Source of the DNA: Cladosporium halotolerans
Lineage: Eukaryota
Length of the DNA: 64,000 nt
Direction: 5' to 3'
Assembly (NCBI RefSeq): GCF_011745625.1
Contig: NW_027191509.1
Coordinates: 1 to 64,000 of the forward strand
Numbering within the stretch: the stretch's first letter is position 1; the number at the start of each line of letters is the position of its first letter. The notes beneath the pieces are model-generated. The model ran no database searches. It saw nothing but the letters and a program-made list of their open reading frames with translations, and had not been told where the DNA came from. Of the stretch, positions 12,716 to 23,092 are shown piece by piece. The position numbers were made by a program, and so were the translations under genes.

Positions 12716-14056
12716 CTAATCCGCCTTCCACCTCCTCCCCCCTCCCTTCCGCCACAGCCAAACGGCCTCGACAGCATACGTCTTCGCGCTCAAATGCCGC
12801 CCCCCATCGACGCCGTTCCCCTCGCTCTCCGCCACCAGCTGCGGAATCACGTGCTCCCTCTCCACCTCCCTCCACAACCCGCGCGCCAACTCGCCCAAGC
12901 GATCCTGCGCATCCGGCAGATTCCCGCCCTCCTCGCCCGCGTCGCCGAACTCCCCGCGTCCCAGCCGGAACAGAATGCGCCCCAGCGTCTGGAACGCCAC
13001 GCACCGCTGCGCGGCGTACGTGCTGCGGGCCAGCAGCGCGAGCTCGGCGATCGTGTAGCCGGCGGCGTCGGGCGCGGCGCCGTGGTGGTGCAGGCCTTCG
13101 GAGACGGGGATCGCGGCCGCGGTGCGGGGCGCGAGCAGGGCGCCGGTGAAGGAGAAGCGGATGGAGGCGGGGTTGAGAGCGGCGGCGGCGGGGCTGTAGG
13201 AGGAGTTCGAGGAGGGGGAGGGAGGGCGCATCCAGTCTAGTTTTGTCGGGTCGGCGGGGAGGGAGGGGAAGTATTTTTCGTGCAGGTCGGTGAGGAAGGA
13301 GGGGGAGGCGGGGTCGAGGGCTGGGGGTTGGGTGGGGGTCGGGAAGTGGATTGTGTCGGAGGGGGGGTCGAGGGGTGCGTTGGTTTCGGGGGGGAAGTCG
13401 GGTTCGTGGGCGATGGTGATGGCGGCTTCGTCGGTCTCGTCTTTGGCTGTGGGTTGGGGGGCGGGTGGGGGGTCGTCGGCGGCGAAGGCGACGGATTTGG
13501 TTTTGGCGGGCGTTTCTCTGTGGAGGATGCCGCCCTCGATGGGCTCGGGCGGCGGCTTGAGGGTGTCCGCTTCGTTGCTGCCGCTGTCTATGTTTGAGCG
13601 GCGCAGGATTTTCTGGATGAAGTCGGGGTCCAACGAGCCGAGCAGTTCTGCGCGAGCTTCCTCGATTTCGGATTCGGACATGCCGGCGAGCATGTCGCGG
13701 TTTTGCTGGTCGATTTGAGTTTTCTCCTGTTCCTGCCAGCTTCTAGGTGCCGAGTCTTCGCTTGGTTTCGTTTTAGTAGCGGGCGCCTGAGCGCCCGGAG
13801 TCACGGTGGTCCCATCACTCAGGACAGTCTTCTGGCCTTGCTGTTTCTGCTGCTTGAATCTGCTTTGGACGGGCCTTTTGCGATGCTCTGGAAAACCCGT
13901 GCGGTGCTTGGGCGTGGGAGCGCTCGGCGGCGCGGGAGCGGTCGGTTTTCTTTCCTGGATGTCGCCTACGAATGTGAATGGCGAAGGCGCGACATGCTGC
14001 GCTTGTGGAGCGTCATCGTCGTCGACGTCCAGCACGAATTTCTCTCCTCGAAACAT
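12716..14056 (-). CDS. RBA50: RNA polymerase II assembly factor Rba50 (RPAP1 N/C domains), 446 aa
   Basis: RPAP1_N-like IDQQNRDMLAGMSESEIEEARAELLGSLDP and RPAP1_C-like RFSFTG...GLHHHG...AGYTIAELALLARSTYAAQRCVAFQTLGRIL. Confidence 0.9.
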   Translation of the reverse strand: MFRGEKFVLDVDDDDAPQAQHVAPSPFTFVGDIQERKPTAPAPPSAPTPKHRTGFPEHRKRPVQSRFKQQKQQGQKTVLSDGTTVTPGAQAPATKTKPSEDSAPRSWQEQEKTQIDQQNRDMLAGMSESEIEEARAELLGSLDPDFIQKILRRSNIDSGSNEADTLKPPPEPIEGGILHRETPAKTKSVAFAADDPPPAPQPTAKDETDEAAITIAHEPDFPPETNAPLDPPSDTIHFPTPTQPPALDPASPSFLTDLHEKYFPSLPADPTKLDWMRPPSPSSNSSYSPAAAALNPASIRFSFTGALLAPRTAAAIPVSEGLHHHGAAPDAAGYTIAELALLARSTYAAQRCVAFQTLGRILFRLGRGEFGDAGEEGGNLPDAQDRLGELARGLWREVEREHVIPQLVAESEGNGVDGGRHLSAKTYAVEAVWLWRKGGGRRWKAD

Positions 14057-14700
14057 ATTTTGTGTGGTGGAGACGTTGGTCTTGATCTTTTCCGTTCACT
14101 CTCAGCACCGCCCTGCGTTTGAGGTGTGGCGTTTCAGGATTGCTCGGAAATAGATAAGGTCGCGGCTGCGGGACTAGCGCGGCGGGTCGCGCCGTCGCGG
14201 TGACGCACGTAAGGTTAGGCAGGTGCAGCGTTAGCTCGATGCATCTTTCGAGATCTGGCGTTTGAGATTATTGTGAAGACGCTATAGGGGAATGTAAGTG
14301 CAGATTTGCCCACGCGTCTATTCCGAGTGTTTGCGCGACGAATTGCTCCTTCATGGTCATCATTTGAGCATCGCCGCCATGCCGGTGTCACGAGTCTCGC
14401 GAGACAGTGGGGCGTCCCAGCACGGCGGTCCCGGCTTAGGTAACCATGTACCCTGCCTTAGCCGTCGAACATCGATGGAAGGAGTGGAGGGGAGTGAGGG
14501 CAGGGAGATGGCAGGGAGTTATTGTATGCTGGATGGATGCACTGCGTGTCTCCAAGCACATCATCTGACAGCACACTCACCCGCCATATAAGATCTACAG
14601 CACACATCACATGGCGAGCAGGAATACCGTCCCCGCCAAGGAAGGGGGTTGTGACGTTCGGCTGGCTTACCGGGCGCCGCCGCCGCCTGACAAGGCCCCA

Positions 14701-14759
14701 GGCTCAGGCTCAGGCCTCCGCTCTGGCTCTGGCTCTGGCTCTGGCTGCTGGCTCTGGCT
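14701..14759 (+). repeat. Degenerate hexanucleotide microsatellite (GGCTCA/GGCTCT)n
   Basis: ggctcaggctcaggcctccgctctggctctggctctggctctggctgctggctctggct, in the RBA50-HPC2 divergent spacer. Confidence 0.7.
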
Positions 14760-15497
14760 GCTGGCTGCTGCTCGTCGACGCGCGCTGCTGGCGGGCAAAT
14801 TGCAGCAGCGCCGAATGGATCGATCATGCCAGTCCCTCACCCTCGCCCTGCCCTGCCCTGCCATGCCTCAGCCTGTGCCCGCCCTGCCGCTCCCAGTGCC
14901 CGTGGCCGTGGCCGTCGCCGTGGCCGATGCGCGGGGCGGCGCTTGTCCTCGTCAAGTCTTATGGCCCGTCCGCATGCGCCGCTGCGTTGTTCGAGTTGTC
15001 ACCCATTCCCCAGCGTCCAGCGTCGTCGTTGCTCTACATCCCCGTCTTCTTCCACGCCCCGCCCATCCCCTTTCTCTTCTACTTTCTTCCTTTTCGCAGC
15101 CTCTGTCCTTGCTGCACGTACAGTCGCCCCATCAATTCGCCCATTTCGCCCATCGATCGCGCCCCAAAAACCCCGCAGACCGGCACATTCGACTGCGCTG
15201 AACACGATCACGGCATCCGACGACTTGTTCGACCTTGCCTTCGAGCAGTATTGCCGGGCGTCGTCCTCGTCGTCGCCCATCCAGCAAGTCGCGACGTCGG
15301 GTAACGGCCGCTGCGCTTGCTGCCAGCCAGCCAGCCGACCCGCTTCGGATTGACCACCGACCTCGAACTGCTCTACATCGTCGCTGGAGAGCGCTGCTGC
15401 TGGTCGGAGGGAGCTGTAGCAGCATCGCGTGCTCGCTCTCACCCTCGCCCATCCCGCTATACCGCCTCCTTGGCGCCCGCCCTCGTGTCGCGTTGCC

Positions 15498-17501
15498 ATG
15501 GCCATGTCGCCAGGCTTCGGCGACAGGATGCGGATCGACGACGCGGCGTCGGAGCACAGTTCCTCGTCAATTTCCTCGCCACCCACCTCCCCGCAAAACA
15601 GCGGCTTTGTATCAGACACCATCCGCGTCGCGCGCCCGCAGACTTCGAATCCTGCTGTTCCTGGTGGAGGTGTAGCTGCTGCATCCCCGGCTCATCCCGC
15701 TCAGCCCTCCAACCTCACAAACGCACCCGCGCTGCACGCAGGCGCGTCTGCCACAAACGCGCCCACACCACCTGCGAAGCCTAAAAGGCAACGCAAGAAG
15801 AAAGAAGTCGATGCTGATGGCAAGCCCATCGAAGACGCGAAACCAAAAGAAAAGAAACCGCGTAAGCCCAGAGAGCCCAAAGACAAGACGGCGACCACCG
15901 CCGCATCGCGCAAGAAGGTCAAGAGTGAAGACAAACCCACGCCCACGCCTACTCCCGCGCCCGCCTCCGCTCCCGATGCCTCACTGCAGCCCCGTCAATC
16001 CACCATCACTGAGATGGTGCATGCGTACGGGCAGCAACCGATGAACGCTCCGCCAACCAACGCCGTGCCTCCCCGCCCCTCGCATAACTACAGCGATGGC
16101 TTAGTGAGGCCTAACCTACACTCACACACGTCGAGCACACCGACCCCACGTCCTTTCTCAAGCGGACAGAACTACGACCCCGTCCGCTCCGCGACCATCG
16201 AATCCCACCCCCCTCGTCCCGTTCATCCACTAGCCGGGCCGGCTTCCACTCAAGTGTCGCCTCACGTGAACCGCGCCTCTGCCTCGCCGTCTATTGCCAG
16301 CCTTATTGACCCGCCGGTTGCCGTAAAAAGTTCCGCTCCGCTGTCCACCACACACTCCCCACAACAATCGATGCAACAACCCTTTGTGCCAACGCAACCG
16401 CACTCACCGACACCAAACGACAAGGTCAACGGTTCACTCTCGTCATCACTTAATCCCTCACATCCATCACCGACCGTTGCGAGCACGACACCTGCCGCTG
16501 TGTCGAATCTCGACGGCGCCATGGATATTGACTCGAAGCCCGTATCCAAACCTCAACAAGCATCGAAAGGAAGTAAGATGCCTGAGGCCAAGGAAGCTTC
16601 AAAATCAAACTCGTCCGCACCAACACCCAAGAACAGCCGCCCCACCCCGCCACCTGCCGCACCCAAAGCAGCAGGTACCGGCCTTCTCGCCAGCTCAGAT
16701 CTTTTCGGCGGAGCAACCAACAACGAAGCAACCGAGCGCCGCGGCGTAAACATCGACATCCAAATCAAGCTCAAGCCCGAAGGCGAAAACGTCATCAACA
16801 TCGCGCAAGAAATCTTCAAGAAATACGGCCAGGACGCCATCAACCCACGCGCCGCCGCCCACCGCGCCCACCTCCTGCAAGTCGCCGCCGCCGCCAACCG
16901 CATCGAAGGCGGCTCCGCGGACGACACCATGAGTGTCGACCTCTCCGACCTGGCAGACGACAGCAACGTCGAGATGGGCGGCATGGACGACACGGCCACG
17001 AGCGCGCAGCCCGGCGCCGACGGCGACAAGCCGCGCAAGCGCCGCAAGAAGGTCGAGGAGTACGACAAGGAGGACGACTTCATCGACGACACCGAGCTGG
17101 CCTGGCAGGAGCAGGCCGCCGTCTCCAAGGACGGCTTCTTCGTCTACTCCGGCCCGCTCATCCAGCCCGGCGAGGCCGCGCGCATCGAGTCCTCGGCTCC
17201 CACGCGCGGTCGCGGCAGAGGGCGAGGTCGCGGCCGTGGCAGTGCTGCTGCGGGCTCGACGCACGCTTCCCTCGCGGAGAAGAAGGATACGGGCGCCGCG
17301 CCCCCGACGACTGGGAGGGGCAGGGGCCGCGGCAGAGGCACTGGCACGACGAGGAAGCCGAGGATCACCAAGGCGGACCGCGAGAGGATGGAGGTCGAGA
17401 AGCAGGAGCGCGAGCGCGCGGCCGCGGCCACGTCTGCTGCTGCTGCGGCGGGGCCGGCGCAGCCGACGCTCGCGATGCAGACTATGGGCGCGACTGCTTA
17501 G
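15498..17501 (+). CDS. HPC2: HIR histone-chaperone complex subunit Hpc2/ubinuclein-like (HUN domain), ~667 aa
   Basis: HUN/HPC2 motif EEYDKEDDFIDDTELAWQEQAAVSKDGFFVYSGPL, an upstream INIAQEIFKKYG motif, AT-hook-like GRGR repeats and an otherwise disordered sequence. First ATG at 15498 (or 15504). Confidence 0.87.
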   Translation: MAMSPGFGDRMRIDDAASEHSSSSISSPPTSPQNSGFVSDTIRVARPQTSNPAVPGGGVAAASPAHPAQPSNLTNAPALHAGASATNAPTPPAKPKRQRKKKEVDADGKPIEDAKPKEKKPRKPREPKDKTATTAASRKKVKSEDKPTPTPTPAPASAPDASLQPRQSTITEMVHAYGQQPMNAPPTNAVPPRPSHNYSDGLVRPNLHSHTSSTPTPRPFSSGQNYDPVRSATIESHPPRPVHPLAGPASTQVSPHVNRASASPSIASLIDPPVAVKSSAPLSTTHSPQQSMQQPFVPTQPHSPTPNDKVNGSLSSSLNPSHPSPTVASTTPAAVSNLDGAMDIDSKPVSKPQQASKGSKMPEAKEASKSNSSAPTPKNSRPTPPPAAPKAAGTGLLASSDLFGGATNNEATERRGVNIDIQIKLKPEGENVINIAQEIFKKYGQDAINPRAAAHRAHLLQVAAAANRIEGGSADDTMSVDLSDLADDSNVEMGGMDDTATSAQPGADGDKPRKRRKKVEEYDKEDDFIDDTELAWQEQAAVSKDGFFVYSGPLIQPGEAARIESSAPTRGRGRGRGRGRGSAAAGSTHASLAEKKDTGAAPPTTGRGRGRGRGTGTTRKPRITKADRERMEVEKQERERAAAATSAAAAAGPAQPTLAMQTMGATA

Positions 17502-18104
17502 GAGCAAATGGCATGGTGCGACGGAGTTGGTCCTTTCGAGCACGACCGACCAACTCCGGCCGGCCGCGTGCTTTCGACATCCGAGACTTGACTTCCCTCC
17601 CAATTCACATTCTCACACGTGCCAAGCGAACACGATTCGCCAAACAGCACAGCACCGAACGGCGTTCACCAAGGCGCAGCGCCCGGTTTCACGGAGTTTC
17701 TTTCTTCTTGATCTGATCAGGGGGGTGATCATCACCAGGCAACGCGGTGTCGAGGACGAGACATCCACCGCGGGAATCGGCGTTGCACAGGCGTTCTCTT
17801 TCTCTTTCTCTTTCTTTCCCTTTTCCTTTTTTCCTCTCTTCAATTCTACGGCCTCCTTCAAGCAACGGGCCTGCTTACGGAATCAGGCTCGATTGCCGAC
17901 CGCCGGTATAGTTCGGACAAAGAAATCAAAACAAGCAGATATGCTGCGTTCGGGTGCGGGCGTGGGGCCTGCGGACGGAGGAGCAGAGCAGAGCAGAGGC
18001 TCTGTAGGCAGTTTTTTGGAGAAACGGAATCGAATGATGTAATCACGTTCTTTCCGCTTTGTGCTTTGTGTGGATTATCCAAATATCGTGGTTATGTCTC
18101 GTTC

Positions 18105-18269
18105 GCGGTTGTTTGTCGTAGTGAAGTCTGGTTCGACGTTGATCGCATGGATGTTTTTGACGTTTCACTCTTTTCCGTGAGGATTGTTTGGCGGTTGTTT
18201 GTCGTAGTGAAGTCTAGTTCGATGTTGATCACATAACTGTTGTTGACGTTTTTTTTCGCGAGGATTGTT
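18105..18269 (+). repeat. Two-copy tandem duplication, period ~86 bp
   Basis: gcggttgtttgtcgtagtgaagtct(g/a)gttcga(c/t)gttgatc...gaggattgtt starts at 18105 and again at 18191. Confidence 0.9.
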
Positions 18270-18666
18270 CAACGATGTTGGTCTCTCGTCGGCTATTGAT
18301 CGTTAGGTATACCTAGTTCATTTGAGTTCGAATTACACGGCTGGGTTTGATGAGGTGTAATACAGTACATGCTTTGAAAGGCGTATCTATGGATTGTTTG
18401 TACATGATGCTTTTGCAGCGATCTAGGATGCGTCTTGCATCCGAATGCTAACCTCGACGTGCGCTGCACCTTCTGCTGCGGCCTTGTGCTGGCGAGTGCA
18501 GGAGACGCTCGTAGCTGGGAGCACCTGCATGCCTCTTAGCATGCTTTTGATATCCCTCTTTCGGGGCGACAGCCATGCTTATATTCGAAGCCAGGGATCG
18601 CGGCGACAACTGCTCCCACTCGCGCAAGCCGAGAGCTCGTCCTCAACCACAGCAACGACGCTCCCT

Positions 18667-20100
18667 TTATCGCCTCTCGCCACCCTTCTCCTCGCCCTGC
18701 ACCTTTTCAAACCCCTCCGCCTCCTCCCCCCTCCTGCTCCTCTCCGAAAAGAAGTCCATGTCCGGCGAACTGTACTGCGCGGCATCCTCCTCCAAATCCG
18801 CGTCCGCATCCAACCCCTCCAGCCCCGCCAACTGCGCATCCCGCTCCGCACTCGGCGCGCTCCTCGCCAGCGCCTCGCGCTCCTCCTCCGCAGCCCGCAG
18901 CCGCTGCGCGTACGCGTCCGGCTCGCTCTCGCCCTCCAGCTCGCCCGCCTCCTCCGCGTCCAGCGCCGCCTCCTCGACCTCCTCGTGCGCGCCCATGCCG
19001 CCGCCCTCCTCCCCGCGCTTGCTCGCCTCCACCTCCTCCGCCGTCGGCCGCTCCAGCCCGTGCCGCGGCTGGTAGTCCACGAACCCTTGCTGCGCGCGCG
19101 CGAGGCGCGCGGCCTGCCCGGCTTCGCCGGCGCGGCCCAGCGCGCCCGCGATCACCTGGATGCAGCGCAGCGAGTCGTCGTTCGCGGGGATCGGGTACGT
19201 GACCCAGGTGGGGTTTGCGTCGGTGTCGACGACGCCGATGGTGGGGATGTTGTGGATGCCGCACTCGTGGAGGAGCACGTAGTTCTCGAGCGGGTTGAGG
19301 CAGACGACGAGGTCGGGTTTCACGGCGCTGTTGTGCTTGAGCTGGGGCTCGAAGCCGGCCTGCGGCCGGTCGAGCTCGTCGACGACTTTCTTCGCGCAGC
19401 GGCCGAGGATCTGCTCGCCGTTCGTGAGGGTGCCGGGCGTCCACTTGTCGAACAGGTGGCAGCCGCCCGCGAGCTCGGCGGCGCGCACGACGGCGCGGGC
19501 TTGGTTGGCGCGCGTGCCGACGAAGAGGATCACGCCGCCGCGGGCGGCGACGCCCTCGACGACTTTGCACGCGCGGCGGAGGTGCGCGGCGGTGACGTCG
19601 AGGGAGATGATGTGGATCGGGTCGTGGTCGCCGCGCACGCCGAAGATGTACTTTGCGTTGGCCGGGTTCCAGAGTGCGGTCGAGTGGCCGAGGTGGGATT
19701 GGGAGGCCATCAGGAGTTCGAGAGTGATGTCTTCGGGTTTAGGGGGGTTGTCGAGCAGTTGGTGAGGTTTGTAGTGCTCGACGGCGCCGGCGCCGAGGCC
19801 TTTGGTGACGGCTTTCTGGTGCTGGAAGAATTCCCATTTTGCGAGAACGGCGTCGCTGGATTCGGTGGCGGGTTCGGGGTTGGAGGAGGCGCTGGTGGGG
19901 AGGGAGGAGGCGTCTTCGGTGCTGAGTTGGGCGCTCGAGGGGGTTTGGGTGATGAGTGAGCGGCGCCATTGTGAGGCGAGGAAAGGAGTTGGTGCTCTGG
20001 GGAGAGCCAGGCGGCCTGTGTGTTTGTGATTAGTGGGTGGGAGTTTGAACTGGATGCGCAATGTCATACCTTGCCGCAGCATCAGTGATCTGACAATCAT
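18667..20100 (-). CDS. MRP4: Mitochondrial small-subunit ribosomal protein uS2m, ~459 aa; in-frame intron 20016-20069
   Basis: S2 signatures LLMASQSHLGH...WNPANAKYIFG, ILFVGTR, WTPGTLTN, PDLVVCLN, IPTIGVVDTDANP...YPIPANDDS. Arg-rich presequence from the ATG at 20100. Confidence 0.93.
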   Translation of the reverse strand: MIVRSLMLRQGMTLRIQFKLPPTNHKHTGRLALPRAPTPFLASQWRRSLITQTPSSAQLSTEDASSLPTSASSNPEPATESSDAVLAKWEFFQHQKAVTKGLGAGAVEHYKPHQLLDNPPKPEDITLELLMASQSHLGHSTALWNPANAKYIFGVRGDHDPIHIISLDVTAAHLRRACKVVEGVAARGGVILFVGTRANQARAVVRAAELAGGCHLFDKWTPGTLTNGEQILGRCAKKVVDELDRPQAGFEPQLKHNSAVKPDLVVCLNPLENYVLLHECGIHNIPTIGVVDTDANPTWVTYPIPANDDSLRCIQVIAGALGRAGEAGQAARLARAQQGFVDYQPRHGLERPTAEEVEASKRGEEGGGMGAHEEVEEAALDAEEAGELEGESEPDAYAQRLRAAEEEREALARSAPSAERDAQLAGLEGLDADADLEEDAAQYSSPDMDFFSERSRRGEEAEGFEKVQGEEKGGERR

Positions 20101-20321
20101 GGCGAGTAGTTGTGGTTGAGATATTCTTCTCACACCCGACGATCCATTCTCGCTGGCAGTCGCGAACTCGAAGCCTCGGAGGGCAGTCGGCGGCCAAAGT
20201 CTTGGCTTCGCCGAACGTCGCCAGCCGCGCAGCGCGAAGCGACGTCCGCGAAGCCACTGGCGTTTCCCTTTGGCTGCATTCAACTACGCCCTGCTGCCAA
20301 TGCGGCTACCAGACTCCTTGG

Positions 20322-22694
20322 ATGCCATGTCGCCCGAAGCTGTGCCAGCGATTCGCTGCGCAGCTACCACATCAGCCGTCTTCGAGGACAACAACCCCTC
20401 ATAACAGCCACATCTGGATCTCCGACGAGTTGCTCTCTGAGGCCTTCAACCGCTACGTTCGCGTGTCGCATACCAGCAGGCGCTATGGAAGCAATGTACC
20501 TGGGCCATTGGAGGCTCGAAGGAGGGCGTCGAAGAGAAGAATGGGATGCGCCGTCACTCCCGCCAACATAGGCCCGCCAGGAGGAGAGTTTGGCGCGCTC
20601 TTCGGCGCTGGAGGAACTGGGAGTGTAGAGAAGGGATGGTCCTGGAACCCTCCTGGGCTGCAACCAAATCTATCGCCGCCTGCGAAGAACCCATCGAAGG
20701 TTTGGTCCTGGGACACGAAGCCTCCCGATCCTCCCCCGGCGTGGGAAGAGGTGCTGGAGATACCTGAGTTGCGGGAGGATCCTGTGGAAGCTAGCAAAGA
20801 AGCTTTTGAGGAGTTGTTGGAGACCCTACCACCCACATGGAGCCTCGGGACCCAAGATGTTGCCTCAATCACCGAATTCCTTGCCAGTACCGCGAACGAG
20901 GTCGAAGCGCGAAACACAAGCAGGACGATCGAATGGCTTGGTGATCGCGTCACGATGCAGTCCGCTTCGAACGCTATTCTTGCTGTAATTCGTGACAAGA
21001 TAGAGCTGGCTACAATCGTCGATGACGAGCTACTGGACATCATCAAAGGGCTTCGGCACAGAGTCCTTTGGGAGGAGCGAAAAAGCACTTGTGATCGCTT
21101 GCATGCAATTTACCTTTCTCTTTGGACGAGTCTGGACAGGCGATCCTCAGACGCAACAAATTTGCGTCAGGCAATCTTTGAGGAGTTCGCCGCAACTGCC
21201 CAAACGGAACAGTCGTGCGATCGGCTCATCGACCTTCTACTTGATTTCTTAGGTGCTGCCAACTCTAACCCCAAGCTCGCGACAATCTTCTCTGCAACAT
21301 TGATCCAAACCGCCAGGTATGCATCGAAAGAGGGCGAAAACGAGGATCCGCAGCGTCTTTCAAAACTTGCTTTGGCCCTAGACCATATTCCGCCTGCAGC
21401 TCGTAAAGAAGTACTCGACGGCAGCACTCGTCTTTTGCTCAAAAATTCAGCACAGCGGAAGAGGGCTCACGCAGCCAAGGTGTGGTTGCGCTGTCTTGAG
21501 GCGAATGCTTCAATCGGGCAATGCCCTGCAACAATGCATGTGGTGTATGCACAACTACCAGCACGCTTCAGGATGTCCCAATTCGGAGAGCATTTTCGAA
21601 CACTACGTTCAATCGATACCGTGCGCATTCTGCTCAATTTATGGCTCCCCAACATGGACCCTGAGAGGTTGAGCAGTGATTGCAAAGACCGGGCAAGCTA
21701 CCGCGGTCAAAAGAAGTTACAATTTGGGTCCACAAAGTTTTCGAGTGCGAAGTTAGGAGAGGTGTCGAAGACTTTCGAGGAATTGAACTCCAAAGGCGGG
21801 AAAAACTTCAGCCCCTGGGTGGCATTGCTCAAAGCAATCATCAGGCATCGCGTACAACCTGACAGCGTGCTCAGGGACGCGCTCTACCTCTGTCAGCATA
21901 TGTATCAGCCGCAGCGTGCCGACAGGATCTTTAGGCACATGCTCGAGGGCATCAACGGGGCGATCCCGACCGAGGTCGCCGTCTCTATGATCCAATACTT
22001 CTTATCCCACAACGAACCGTTTCGAGCTCTGAGAGTTTTCAAAGAAGTCTCTTCGGTCGCGGTCCACCACGTCCCAAGGCTTCCAGTTGCTCTGGCCGAA
22101 GTCGGCTACAACCACAACGGAATCTTACTGAGGCTGCTCTTGCGGCAACCGGACCCCGTCCCAATAGAGCGACGAGTCAAGCCTACTCTCGACCTGACAC
22201 ATGAGCACATCGACGCCGTCCACCTGATCGCATATGACATCGCCAATGCGCCCGGGCTCAAGACCTCCGTCGCCTACCGCTCCGTCTGGGCCTACTACCG
22301 CTACCTGCAGGACCGCGGCGCACCCTTGCTGCCTCTCCTCTCCCGCGCCTTCGTCACAGCCGGCCTCATGCGCCCGCTGGAGGAGCGCCTGTGGATCCCC
22401 GACGAGCGCCTGGCGTACATCGTGTCGATCGTCGAGCGCATCGAGGGTCGCGCCGTCGCGGCCGAGGCCGAGAACCTGGCGCGCAGCATGCGCGCTCTGC
22501 TGCACGATCAGGTTCTCTCGAAACGCAAGGCGGCCCGCGAGAGGGGTTGGCGGCAAACTACGGCGGAGATGGCGGAGAGTACGCGCTTCCGGCTGAAGGG
22601 TTGGACGAAGCGGGCGCCTGTGCCTAGGAAGGATCGCAAGTCGTCTGTCGTTCCTGGGCGGGAAGATCCGGGTCGTGTGCAGAATATCTCATAG
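20322..22694 (+). CDS. Uncharacterised conserved Pezizomycotina-type protein, probably mitochondrial and helical-repeat, ~790 aa
   Basis: Long uninterrupted ORF. Basic presequence-like N-terminus with IWISDELLSEAF...RYGSNVPGPLEARRRASKRRM. Mostly helical, with PPR-like segments (AVSMIQYFLSHNEPFRALRVFKEV). ATG at 20322 chosen. Confidence 0.72.
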   Translation: MPCRPKLCQRFAAQLPHQPSSRTTTPHNSHIWISDELLSEAFNRYVRVSHTSRRYGSNVPGPLEARRRASKRRMGCAVTPANIGPPGGEFGALFGAGGTGSVEKGWSWNPPGLQPNLSPPAKNPSKVWSWDTKPPDPPPAWEEVLEIPELREDPVEASKEAFEELLETLPPTWSLGTQDVASITEFLASTANEVEARNTSRTIEWLGDRVTMQSASNAILAVIRDKIELATIVDDELLDIIKGLRHRVLWEERKSTCDRLHAIYLSLWTSLDRRSSDATNLRQAIFEEFAATAQTEQSCDRLIDLLLDFLGAANSNPKLATIFSATLIQTARYASKEGENEDPQRLSKLALALDHIPPAARKEVLDGSTRLLLKNSAQRKRAHAAKVWLRCLEANASIGQCPATMHVVYAQLPARFRMSQFGEHFRTLRSIDTVRILLNLWLPNMDPERLSSDCKDRASYRGQKKLQFGSTKFSSAKLGEVSKTFEELNSKGGKNFSPWVALLKAIIRHRVQPDSVLRDALYLCQHMYQPQRADRIFRHMLEGINGAIPTEVAVSMIQYFLSHNEPFRALRVFKEVSSVAVHHVPRLPVALAEVGYNHNGILLRLLLRQPDPVPIERRVKPTLDLTHEHIDAVHLIAYDIANAPGLKTSVAYRSVWAYYRYLQDRGAPLLPLLSRAFVTAGLMRPLEERLWIPDERLAYIVSIVERIEGRAVAAEAENLARSMRALLHDQVLSKRKAARERGWRQTTAEMAESTRFRLKGWTKRAPVPRKDRKSSVVPGREDPGRVQNIS

Positions 22695-23092
22695 AAGGCT
22701 CCGCTAGGCCCAGAAGCGATTGCCAGACTGCCGAGGAGAATGCAGGATGCTATTATGGAAAAATAGCAGTGATATGACTTTACGAAAGCTCGCTAGGAGA
22801 GTAGAGACAAGGGGGCTCAGCAGTTGAAGGCTGGGTTAGACTACAAGTCGCCTACGAAACAGAAAGTGCTTCTATTATTCAATACCCCAACATGAAATGT
22901 ACAAACAACCAGGTAGACTGAGCCCGAGCTCGCAACGAACAGATACCCGCCAACCAGACCCAATATTTCCAACGCAACACCCACAACCCCTCTCCCATTG
23001 CTCAGCCGTGCAACTCCCCCCAAAATATCTAGTCCGATCACATCAACACACCCACTCCCACTCTCGTCGCCTCCCCCAACCGGCCCCTCCTA

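Noticed and set aside
20101..20321. Apparent overlap of the 538-aa (-) and 860-aa (+) ORFs
   Set aside because: Arises from non-ATG starts in the ORF track. The real ATGs at 20100 and 20322 do not overlap.
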